A stretch of 47,670 nt of DNA from Oscillospiraceae bacterium (GTDB lineage Bacteria; Bacillota; Clostridia; Oscillospirales; Oscillospiraceae). The translations under genes were made by a program, and so were the position numbers. The notes under the pieces are model-generated. The model saw nothing but the letters and a program-made list of their open reading frames with translations. It did no database searches and had not been told where the DNA came from. Below are positions 28,982-36,846 of this stretch, one piece after another. The first letter of the stretch is position 1. Every line of letters starts with the position of its first letter. Location: positions 1 to 47,670 of the forward strand of contig DAOPXW010000003.1 of the NCBI GenBank assembly GCA_035352555.1, read 5' to 3'.

Positions 28982-29033
28982 TTGCAATTTGAGAGGAGTT
29001 ATGATATCCTAACTTTAGTTAGTAAAGGCTAAC
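28982..29033 (+). promoter_or_regulatory. feoA promoter with CTAAC/GTTAG repeats
   Basis: TTGCAA (28982-28987), 17 nt, TATCCT (29005-29010). It is followed directly by CTAAC-TTTA-GTTAG-TAAAGG-CTAAC (29009-29033). Confidence 0.4.
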
Positions 29034-29052
29034 AGAATGCGAGGACTGGAAG

Positions 29053-29286
29053 ATGACGCTGGACAAGCTGAAACCCGGACAGTCCGGGTATATCGACGCC
29101 GTGAATGTGGAGCGCAGTCTGCGCTGCCGCCTGCTGGATATGGGGCTGATCCCCGGCACGCAGGTGGCGGTGCGCAAGACCGCCCCGCTGGGCGACCCGC
29201 TGGAGATCGCGCTGCGGGGTTACACCATGACTCTACGGAAGGCCGACGCGGCGCTGATCGCGCTGCGGCCGGAGAAGGAGGAGTGA
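29053..29286 (+). CDS. feoA: Ferrous iron transport protein A
   Basis: L..L..G..G.I..V pattern: LKPGQSGYIDAV...LLDMGLIPGTQV. Confidence 0.9.
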   Translation: MTLDKLKPGQSGYIDAVNVERSLRCRLLDMGLIPGTQVAVRKTAPLGDPLEIALRGYTMTLRKADAALIALRPEKEE

Positions 29287-29290
29287 GACG

Positions 29291-31294
29291 ATGATCCTTG
29301 CTCTTGCGGGAAACCAGAATTGCGGCAAGACCACGCTGTTCAACCAGCTCACCGGCGCAAACCAGCATGTGGGCAACTTCCCCGGCGTTACGGTGGAGCA
29401 CAAGTCCGGCCAGGTCATCGGCTATAAGGACTGCACGGTGGTGGATCTGCCGGGCATCTATTCCATCCGCCCCTATTCAGGGGAGGAAGTCGTGTCCCGG
29501 AATTTTATCCTTGACCAGCACCCGGACGGCATCATCAACATCGTCGACGCTACCAATATCGAGCGCAACCTCTATTTGACCCAGCAGCTCATTGAGATGG
29601 GCAAGCCCATGGTGCTGGCCCTGAACATGATGGACGAACTGCAGGCCAATCACGGGTCGGTGAACACGGTCAAGCTGTCCGAAGCGCTGGGCATCCCCGT
29701 GGTGCCCATTTCCGCGGTGAAGAACGAGGGCGTGGACGAGCTGATCCGGGTGGCCATCGAGACGGCCAGGAGCAAAAGAGCCCCCGCCAGAATGGACTTC
29801 TGCAAATCCGGCCCCATCCACCGCTGCATCCACTCCGTGAGCCACGTCATTGAGGATCACGCCGACCGCATCGGCGTTCCGGCCCGCTTCGCCGCCACCC
29901 GGGTCATCGAGGGCGACGAAGATATCATCAGCCGGCTGGAACTGGCGGACAACGAGCGGGAACTCATCGAGCACGACGTGGTGGAGATGGAGGCGGAGAG
30001 CGGGCTGGATCGGGATGCTGCCATGGCGGATATGCGCTATGCCTTCATCGAGGGGGTTTGCGCGGAATGCGTGGTCAAAGCCCAGGAGAGCCGAGAAGCG
30101 CTCCGCAGCGTCCGGATCGACAAGGTACTTACCGATAAATACGCCGCTATCCCGGTATTCGTGGGCATCATGGCGCTGATCTTCTGGCTGACCTTCAGCG
30201 TGATCGGGAAATGGCTCTCCGAGCTGCTGAGTATGGGCATCGACTGGCTGACCGGGGTGGTGGACGCCGCTCTGACGGCCTATGGGCTCAACCCCGTGGT
30301 GCACAGTCTGCTCATCAACGGCGTGTTTGCCGGCGTGGGCAGCGTATTGAGCTTCCTGCCCATCATCGTGGTGCTGTTCTTCTTCCTGTCCATTCTGGAG
30401 GACACCGGCTACATGGCCCGGGTGGCTTTCGTCATGGATAAGCTGCTGCGCAAGATTGGCCTCTCCGGGCGCAGCTTCGTGCCCATGCTCATCGGCTTCG
30501 GCTGCTCGGTGCCCGCCGTGATGGCCACGCGCACGCTCTCGTCGGAGCGGGACCGCAAAATGACCATGCTGCTGGTGCCGTATATGAGCTGCTCGGCAAA
30601 GATTCCCATCTACGCGGTGTTCACGGCGGCGTTTTTCCCGCACAACGGCGGGCTGGTGATGACCTGTCTCTACATCGGCGGCATGTTCGTGGGCGTGCTG
30701 GCGGCACTGGTGCTGAACCGCACCGCGTTTCGCGGCAAGCCGGTGCCTTTCGTGATGGAGCTGCCCAACTACCGTTTCCCCTCCATGAAAAGCGTGCTGC
30801 TGCTGATGTGGGAAAAGGCGTCGGACTTTTTGCACCGGGCCTTCACCATCATTTTTGTGGCCACCATTGTGATCTGGTTTTTGCAGACCTTCGACGCGCG
30901 GCTGAACGTGGTGGCCGGCAGTGCCCAGAGCCTGCTCGCGGCCATCGGCGCATTCATTTCCCCGGCTTTCGCGCCGCTGGGCTTTGCCGACTGGCGGGTG
31001 GCCACCGCGCTGGTGACGGGGCTCATCGCCAAGGAGGCCGTGGTCAGCAGCATGGGCGTGCTGCTGGGCGTGGGTACGGAGGGGTTGAGCGCGGCGCTGA
31101 GCGGCCTGTTCACCGCCGCCTCCGCGGTGAGCTTTTTGGTTTTCACCCTGCTCTACACCCCCTGCGTGGCGGCGCTGTCCGCCATCCGGCGGGAGCTGGG
31201 CAGCGGCGTCAAAACAGCAGGCGTTGTGATCATGCAATGCGGCGTGGCCTGGTTGGTGGCCTATGCGGTCTACCAGCTGGCCCTGATCCTGTGA
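29291..31294 (+). CDS. feoB: Ferrous iron transport protein B
   Basis: G-domain with GNQNCGKTTLFN and DLPG, followed by a polytopic membrane domain. Confidence 0.95.
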   Translation: MILALAGNQNCGKTTLFNQLTGANQHVGNFPGVTVEHKSGQVIGYKDCTVVDLPGIYSIRPYSGEEVVSRNFILDQHPDGIINIVDATNIERNLYLTQQLIEMGKPMVLALNMMDELQANHGSVNTVKLSEALGIPVVPISAVKNEGVDELIRVAIETARSKRAPARMDFCKSGPIHRCIHSVSHVIEDHADRIGVPARFAATRVIEGDEDIISRLELADNERELIEHDVVEMEAESGLDRDAAMADMRYAFIEGVCAECVVKAQESREALRSVRIDKVLTDKYAAIPVFVGIMALIFWLTFSVIGKWLSELLSMGIDWLTGVVDAALTAYGLNPVVHSLLINGVFAGVGSVLSFLPIIVVLFFFLSILEDTGYMARVAFVMDKLLRKIGLSGRSFVPMLIGFGCSVPAVMATRTLSSERDRKMTMLLVPYMSCSAKIPIYAVFTAAFFPHNGGLVMTCLYIGGMFVGVLAALVLNRTAFRGKPVPFVMELPNYRFPSMKSVLLLMWEKASDFLHRAFTIIFVATIVIWFLQTFDARLNVVAGSAQSLLAAIGAFISPAFAPLGFADWRVATALVTGLIAKEAVVSSMGVLLGVGTEGLSAALSGLFTAASAVSFLVFTLLYTPCVAALSAIRRELGSGVKTAGVVIMQCGVAWLVAYAVYQLALIL

Positions 31295-31304
31295 GGTAGG
31301 AACG

Positions 31305-31475
31305 ATGGGATTTCTTGAAATTGCGATCCTGGCGGCATTGGCCGTCTGGGGTGTGCTGGCGGTACGCTCCCTGAAAAAGAAGGGCGCCTGCGGCTGCGGC
31401 GGAAACTGCGGCGGCTGCACGGACTGCGCCAAATGCGGTTCATGTCCCGGCAGCAGCAAAAAACGGGGGTCTTGA
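31305..31475 (+). CDS. FeoB-associated Cys-rich membrane peptide (56 aa)
   Basis: Below the track cutoff. Translation is MGFLEIAILAALAVWGVLAVRSLKKKGACGCGGNCGGCTDCAKCGSCPGSSKKRGS: one TM segment plus a Cys-rich tail, directly after feoB. Confidence 0.7.
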   Translation: MGFLEIAILAALAVWGVLAVRSLKKKGACGCGGNCGGCTDCAKCGSCPGSSKKRGS

Positions 31476-31491
31476 CAGACCCCCGTTTTTA
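31458..31491. terminator. Bidirectional terminator
   Basis: ACGGGGGTC / GACCCCCGT stem with an A-run on the left and TTTTT on the right. Confidence 0.75.
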
Positions 31492-31500
31492 TCCTCTTTT

Positions 31501-33102
31501 TCAGAACACCATGTGCCACACCATGATGGAGCTTTCGCTGCGTTTGACATTGGAATCCGGCAGGAACACCCGGTTCCCGGCCTTGTCGTAGCTGCCGGCC
31601 ACATAGCCCGCGGCGTACAGGGCCGTCACATAGGGGTCGTCCACGTCGGCAAAGGGTGAAGCGGCGGTGCCAGGCGTAAGCTTCAGCGCCCTGGCCACAC
31701 AGTGGGCGATGAACAGCCGGGAGGCGGGGGCGTCCAGATCCGTCACCTCGGCGGCGTCCGCGATGCCCAGCGACAGGGCCTTGTCCCGGTAACCGCTGGC
31801 CCAGTGCGCGCCTGTGGCGGCCTGGGCGCCGTTGCCGGAGGCGGTGAGCACCAGCGCCAGCACCTCGCCCACAGTGACGGAATTGGCCGGGCGGAAGGTA
31901 CCGTCGCCATAGCCGGCCACATAGCCCGCGGCGGCGAGCTCGGTCACATAGGAATAAAACCAGTCGGAGGTCTTGACGTCGCTGAAGGAGACGGATTTTG
32001 CCGCGTCCAGCCTGGCACCTGCCGCCAGCGCGGCGGCCACATCCAGCATACCGCCGGTGGTTACCTTTCCGGCGAGGGCGGAGAGGGGGCGGACGGAGGA
32101 GAGAAGGACATCGCGCACCTGCGCCAGCGAGAGTTTCGTGCAGCAGGAATATACCAGAGCGGCGGCGGCGGTGACCATGGGGGCCGCCATGGAGGTGCCG
32201 GTCATGTAATACATTTGTCCCTCTCCGCCGTAGCCGATGATGGAGGTGCCCGGGGCGGCGATGTCCACGGACGCGCCGAAGTTGGAGGAGGCGTGCAGGG
32301 TGCCGTCTCGGTCCAGATTGGCCACGGAAATGATGTTGTCCAGATCGTAGGAAGCGGGGTACAGGGGCTTGTCGGCACTGTCCGCGCCGTGGTTGCCCGC
32401 AGCGGCGATAAAGAGCATCCTGGAAGCCTTGATGGCGTCGTACAGCGGGGCGTTGTAGGACTCCACGCCGATGCTGAGATTCACGATGGCCGCGCCGTTG
32501 GCTTCGGCATACTGGATGGCCCGGATGATGTCCGAGGTCTTGCCGGTGTTGGTGGAGCCGCTGAACGCCTTGAGAACCATGATCTTTATGTTGTTCGTAT
32601 AGCCGCAGATTCCGGCGATGCCGACGCTGTTGCAGGCCGCGCCCATGGTACCGAAGCAGTGGGTGCCGTGGTCGTCATCCCCGGGGGTGTACAGCACGTT
32701 GTTTCCGCTTCGGAAGTTCCAGCCGTTCACATCGTCGATGTAACCGTTGTCGTCGTCGTCCAGCCCGTTCCCCGCGATCTCGCCGGAATTGACCCAGAGA
32801 TGGCCGGAGAGATCGGAATTGGCGGTGTCCATGCCGGTGTCGATCAGCGCGATGACCACGGGCCGCCCCGCGCTGTAAAGATCCCAGGCGTTCTCCATGC
32901 CGATGTCGATGCCCGCGACGCTCTTGGCGGAGGACGTCTCCGAGGCCGTGGAAAAGCTGCCGTCGTTTTTCAGCGCCCACTGATACTTATAGTACGGGTC
33001 CGCCGAAACCAACGCGGACGCGCTCTGACCGGGCAGCAGCGCGACAGCGGCGACAAACGCCAGCAGAAGGGCCAATACTTTTTGAATCTTTTGGCCGTGC
33101 AT
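31501..33102 (-). CDS. Secreted S8 (subtilisin-like) serine protease with C-terminal SLH repeats
   Basis: Signal peptide present. Catalytic triad blocks are IALIDTGMD, DDHGTHCFGT and GTSMAAPMV. SLH-like repeats are FSDVKTSDWFYSYV and FADVDDPYVTALY. Confidence 0.9.
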   Translation of the reverse strand: MHGQKIQKVLALLLAFVAAVALLPGQSASALVSADPYYKYQWALKNDGSFSTASETSSAKSVAGIDIGMENAWDLYSAGRPVVIALIDTGMDTANSDLSGHLWVNSGEIAGNGLDDDDNGYIDDVNGWNFRSGNNVLYTPGDDDHGTHCFGTMGAACNSVGIAGICGYTNNIKIMVLKAFSGSTNTGKTSDIIRAIQYAEANGAAIVNLSIGVESYNAPLYDAIKASRMLFIAAAGNHGADSADKPLYPASYDLDNIISVANLDRDGTLHASSNFGASVDIAAPGTSIIGYGGEGQMYYMTGTSMAAPMVTAAAALVYSCCTKLSLAQVRDVLLSSVRPLSALAGKVTTGGMLDVAAALAAGARLDAAKSVSFSDVKTSDWFYSYVTELAAAGYVAGYGDGTFRPANSVTVGEVLALVLTASGNGAQAATGAHWASGYRDKALSLGIADAAEVTDLDAPASRLFIAHCVARALKLTPGTAASPFADVDDPYVTALYAAGYVAGSYDKAGNRVFLPDSNVKRSESSIMVWHMVF

Positions 33103-33286
33103 ACTGAAAACCTCTTTTCCGGGACTGTCCTATGGGATAGAATTCACCATAACATTTTTTCAGCGCAAATACAATTCAAACTGAAGCTTTGTGCTTTTTG
33201 AATTCTTCGCTCTGCCCTCAAAGCCTGCTCCTGAGCCGCCGACCGGCGCAGGCTTCGGGGTGACGGTGGAATAAGCGCGCCGCCTA

Positions 33287-33348
33287 TTGACAAAAAGCGA
33301 CCCTCGGCGTATAGTCTGTATTATCACACTTAATACAGACTATACGCC
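33287..33348 (+). promoter_or_regulatory. Promoter overlapped by an 18-bp-arm perfect palindrome
   Basis: TTGACA (33287-33292), 17 nt, TATAGT (33310-33315). The palindrome is GGCGTATAGTCTGTATTA (33306-33323), a 7-nt spacer, then TAATACAGACTATACGCC (33331-33348). Confidence 0.55.
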
Positions 33349-33363
33349 CGGAGGTCTTTTTTC

Positions 33364-34317
33364 ATGAAAAAAGGTTACGCGGATTACGAATATACCACAG
33401 CCAGACGCGGCGGCCGCCGCCGGAAACGGCGCGCCCGCCGGTTCCTGGTGCTGCTGCTTTTGATCGCGGCCGCCCTCACGGCCTACAGGGCCACCGACGG
33501 CTTTTCCAGGGTGCATCTGCCGTCCGAGGCGGCAAAAACAAACATCCAGACCAATTTTACCGTGGATCTCGGGGCGCTGGCCGCCCAATGCGACGCGGCG
33601 GGCGGCGATTATTCCCTCTCGTCGGACGACGAAGCGGCGCTGGAAAAGGTGGCGCAGAAAAACCCGGAATACAAGGAGAAGATTAACTTTTTCATCAAGC
33701 ACGCTTCGGCCTACAGCCAGACGGCGGTAAACACGCTGCTGCTGGCGCCGGAGAAGGCCGATTTTGTGCTGCTGTGCCCCTTTGCGCAGGAGACGGCCTC
33801 CGGCAGCTGGGACGTGACGGTGAAAAAGGGAGAGATCCCCTTTTTCATCCAGTATGACAGCCGCTGGGCCTTCCACCCCTATGGCAGCTCCGTGATGGGC
33901 AACACTGCCTGCGGCCCCACCTGCCTGGCCATGGCCGCCGCCGGACTGACCGGCAGCAGCCGGTATACGCCGGACTATGTATCCGACTATGCCGAACAGA
34001 ACGGCTATTATGTGGAGGGCACCGGCACGTCCTGGGAGCTGTTCACGTCGGGCGCGGCGGGTCTGGGCGTGACGGACCGGCAGGCATCCACGGACAAAAG
34101 CGACATGGAGCGCTGCCTGAAGGACGGCGGCGTGCTCATCGCCTCCATGGCGCCGGGCGACTTTACCATGGCCGGCCATTTCATTGTCATCTACGGATAT
34201 GGAATAGGCGAATTCAGGGTTTACGACCCCAGCAGCGTGGCCCGCAGCGGCGAGACCTGGAGCTATGCCAGACTGGAGCCCCAGATTGCCCAGCTCTGGT
34301 GCCTCACAGCCGATTGA
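33364..34317 (+). CDS. Membrane-anchored C39-like cysteine peptidase domain protein
   Basis: Arg-rich N-terminus followed by a TM segment. Has the Cys block NTACGPTCLAMA and the His block GHFIVIYGYG. Confidence 0.75.
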   Translation: MKKGYADYEYTTARRGGRRRKRRARRFLVLLLLIAAALTAYRATDGFSRVHLPSEAAKTNIQTNFTVDLGALAAQCDAAGGDYSLSSDDEAALEKVAQKNPEYKEKINFFIKHASAYSQTAVNTLLLAPEKADFVLLCPFAQETASGSWDVTVKKGEIPFFIQYDSRWAFHPYGSSVMGNTACGPTCLAMAAAGLTGSSRYTPDYVSDYAEQNGYYVEGTGTSWELFTSGAAGLGVTDRQASTDKSDMERCLKDGGVLIASMAPGDFTMAGHFIVIYGYGIGEFRVYDPSSVARSGETWSYARLEPQIAQLWCLTAD

Positions 34318-34354
34318 ATTTCCCCTCCGCCCGGTTCCGGGCGGAGGGCCTTTG

Positions 34355-34383
34355 TTTACAGCCGCGCGAAAAAGTAGTATAAT
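34355..34383 (+). promoter_or_regulatory. Promoter placing the start codon of the next gene at about +1 (possible leaderless mRNA)
   Basis: TTTACA (34355-34360), 17 nt, TATAAT (34378-34383). The ATG is at 34390 and no SD is visible. Confidence 0.45.
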
Positions 34384-34389
34384 TAATTC

Positions 34390-35508
34390 ATGGAAGAAAA
34401 ACTTGACCGAAAAACAGCCTTTCGGGAACTCTCGCCCGTACGGCTCATACTGTGCGCCCTGTGCCTGATGGCCATTGCCGCCGCCTATCTCCTGCGGGAC
34501 GGCGAGACCGGGATGCGCTGGGTGTACTATCACATCTCCCGGCCCTACCATACCTTTATGGCGCGGCTGTGCGCCCATGTGCCCTTTTCCGTGGCGGAGC
34601 TGTTCTATGCGCTTGCGGTCGCGGCAATATTGGTTTACATAATTTCACAGATAGTGCGCATAATCCGCAAACCAGAGAAGGGTAGAAGAGTTTACATAAC
34701 TATTTTAACGCTGATCGTGGTCTGCCTGCTGTTCTGGGCCGCGTATTCCTATCTCTGGACGCCCTACTATTATGCGCCCTCCTTTGCCCAGCAGGCCGAC
34801 ATCGACGACGGGGCGGTCTCAACCCCGGAGCTGGAGGCCGTGACGCGGTATTTCGCCGGGAAAGCCAACCAGTACGCGGGCAAAGTGTCCCGGGATGAAA
34901 ACGGCGTCTATGCCGCCGACCGGCAGGACATTCTGAATCGGGCGGCGGCGGTCTACGCCGCAGCGGCGGGGAAGTGGCCGTTCCTGGCCGGGGACGCGCT
35001 GCGGCCCAAGGGTATCCTGTGCTCCAAGGTCATGAGCCTCACGGACTTTACGGGCTTTTTCTTCCCCCTCACCGGGGAGGCGAACCTGAACATGGATTCG
35101 CCCGCGGTGATGCTGCCCGCCACGGAGGAGCATGAGCTCAGCCACCAGCGGGGCATCGGCAGGGAGCAGGAGTGCAACTTTATCGCGGTGGCCGCCTGCA
35201 TGGACAGCGGCGACGCGGATTTTGAATATTCCGGCGCGCTGACGGCCTATATCTATCTGGGCAACGCCCTGCGTTCCGCGGACGAGGCCGCGTGGCAGAA
35301 AATCTATGCTTCGCTGTCCGACACGGTGCTCTCCGACCTCAAGCAAAACAACGGCTACTGGGCGGCCTATGAGAACACCTTTGTCTATAAGGTCTCCAAT
35401 TCGGCCTACGAATCCTTTCTGCAGGGCAACGGACAGACGCTGGGACTGAAAAGCTACGGCGCCTGCGTGAACCTGCTGACGCATTACTACTACGCTATAG
35501 CAAAATAA
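34390..35508 (+). CDS. DUF3810-family membrane zinc-metallopeptidase-like protein
   Basis: Has N-terminal TM helices and the HELSHQRG (HExxH) block. Confidence 0.8.
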   Translation: MEEKLDRKTAFRELSPVRLILCALCLMAIAAAYLLRDGETGMRWVYYHISRPYHTFMARLCAHVPFSVAELFYALAVAAILVYIISQIVRIIRKPEKGRRVYITILTLIVVCLLFWAAYSYLWTPYYYAPSFAQQADIDDGAVSTPELEAVTRYFAGKANQYAGKVSRDENGVYAADRQDILNRAAAVYAAAAGKWPFLAGDALRPKGILCSKVMSLTDFTGFFFPLTGEANLNMDSPAVMLPATEEHELSHQRGIGREQECNFIAVAACMDSGDADFEYSGALTAYIYLGNALRSADEAAWQKIYASLSDTVLSDLKQNNGYWAAYENTFVYKVSNSAYESFLQGNGQTLGLKSYGACVNLLTHYYYAIAK

Positions 35509-35544
35509 TAACGCCGCCGGTCGAAAGACCGGCGGCGTTATTAT
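35505..35544. terminator. 18-bp perfect stem-loop spanning both stop codons of convergent genes
   Basis: ATAATAACGCCGCCGGTC, a GAAA loop, then GACCGGCGGCGTTATTAT. Confidence 0.6.
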
Positions 35545-36014
35545 CAGCGGAGCCAACCCAGCTTATCCAGCCCCCGTTTGACCGGCGGGAGGGCAAACAG
35601 GCCGAAGCCCAGCGCGGCGCCGGCGAGATTCAAAATGAGATCGTCCACATCGCAGGAGCCCAGGCAGGTGAAAAGCTGCGCCAATTCGATAAGGCTCACG
35701 GCGCCCAGCACCGTGAGGACGAAAATGCCGAAATTCCGCTGCCTTTTCCACAGGCCGGGCAGAAACAGTCCCGCCGGGATAAACGCCGCCACGTTGCCCG
35801 CCAGATTGATGGCGGCGGCCCGGGGCATCCGGCCGTAGGCTTTCCAGAAAAGCCGCATGGTGCGGAAGGGGACGAGATTGAGATTGGCCCTCACCGTGTC
35901 CCAATAGGGCAGATAGGTCAGCCGGCTGGGCCGGTGGAGAAACAGCAGCCAGAACATCACAAGGCAGTACAGCCCAAAAAGCGACCATTCAATGACGCGG
36001 GTGGTCTTTCTCAT
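35544..36014 (-). CDS. VanZ-family membrane protein
   Basis: Has the NLVPFRT, NVAAFIPAGLF and DVDDLILNLAGA blocks. ATGA overlap with the upstream repressor gene. Confidence 0.85.
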   Translation of the reverse strand: MRKTTRVIEWSLFGLYCLVMFWLLFLHRPSRLTYLPYWDTVRANLNLVPFRTMRLFWKAYGRMPRAAAINLAGNVAAFIPAGLFLPGLWKRQRNFGIFVLTVLGAVSLIELAQLFTCLGSCDVDDLILNLAGAALGFGLFALPPVKRGLDKLGWLR

Positions 36015-36706
36015 AAGACTTTGCCCAGAATGCGCAGAGGCAGCGCCGGGGAGACTTGGATGTCGCCGTATTCCGGATTGTGCGAGCGGAGCACGGGGCG
36101 TCCGTCCCCGTTAAATAGCTGTTTGAGATAGGCGCTCCCGTCATAGAGGAAGACGCCGGTCTCACCGTTTTGCAGCTCCCGTTGCTGCCGGACCCATACG
36201 ATCTGGCCGTCGTGAAAGTCCGGCTCCATGCTGTCGCCCGCCACGCGCACGCCGAAATTGGCGTCTGCCGGGACCTCGGGGCCGACCTCCGCCATCTCGT
36301 AGTCCTCGCCGTCCAGAAACTGGCCGGTGCCCGCGGAGACCGCCAGCGAATACAGCGGCAGGGAGCGGAGCTTGGCTTCCCGCACCGCCGGGACGGCGTA
36401 CCGCCCGCTGAGCCGCAGCAGTTCAATATATTCCAGAGCCTTTTTTCGGCCCTCGTAATTCAGTCCCTTGAAATAGCCCTCCGGGCTGCCGCCGGAGAAC
36501 GCGCCCCGGATATCCTCGATATCCAGCGCGGCGCACAGGGCCAGAAACTGCTCCGCCCCCGGCTCCGTGACGCCGTTTTCCCATTTGGAAACGGCCTGGT
36601 TGGTCACGCCGATCCCCAGCATCCCCAGCCGGGCGGCCAGCTCCGTCTGGGACAGCGCCAGTTCCTTGCGGCGGGAAGAGAGCGCCTCGCCGATGTTCTT
36701 GTGCAT
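36011..36706 (-). CDS. XRE-HTH + S24 (LexA/CI/UmuD-like) self-cleaving repressor
   Basis: HTH block is LSQTELAARLG...NQAVSKWENG. S24 Ser block is GDSMEP, with a downstream Lys (YLKQL). Start set at MHKNIG, with AGAGGTG as the SD. Confidence 0.85.
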   Translation of the reverse strand: MHKNIGEALSSRRKELALSQTELAARLGMLGIGVTNQAVSKWENGVTEPGAEQFLALCAALDIEDIRGAFSGGSPEGYFKGLNYEGRKKALEYIELLRLSGRYAVPAVREAKLRSLPLYSLAVSAGTGQFLDGEDYEMAEVGPEVPADANFGVRVAGDSMEPDFHDGQIVWVRQQRELQNGETGVFLYDGSAYLKQLFNGDGRPVLRSHNPEYGDIQVSPALPLRILGKVL

Positions 36707-36797
36707 TTGATCACCTCTGCACCACAGTATATAGGCTGCCAACAAAAAATACAACGAAATTTTATCCAAAAGAGAGAAAACTTTGCCCTTGAATTAT

Positions 36798-36836
36798 CCT
36801 ATTTAGATAATATAATTATATTAATATCTAAATAGG
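36798..36836. promoter_or_regulatory. Perfect 12-bp inverted repeat operator in the divergent promoter region
   Basis: CCTATTTAGATA (36798-36809), 15 nt, TATCTAAATAGG (36825-36836). The left arm lies between the TTGAAT (36789-36794) and TATAAT (36811-36816) of the polymerase promoter. The right arm abuts its RBS. Confidence 0.6.
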
Positions 36837-36846
36837 AGATAAAATC

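Noticed and set aside
29477-31519. 680-aa ORF on the minus strand
   Set aside because: It is antisense to feoB and has a low-complexity composition rich in H, G, Q and A.
36707-36846. Firmicutes LexA (Cheo) box CGAAC-N4-GTTCG upstream of the Y-family polymerase
   Set aside because: A scan by eye on both strands found no match. Only the unrelated 12-bp palindrome is present. A PWM scan would be needed to be definitive.
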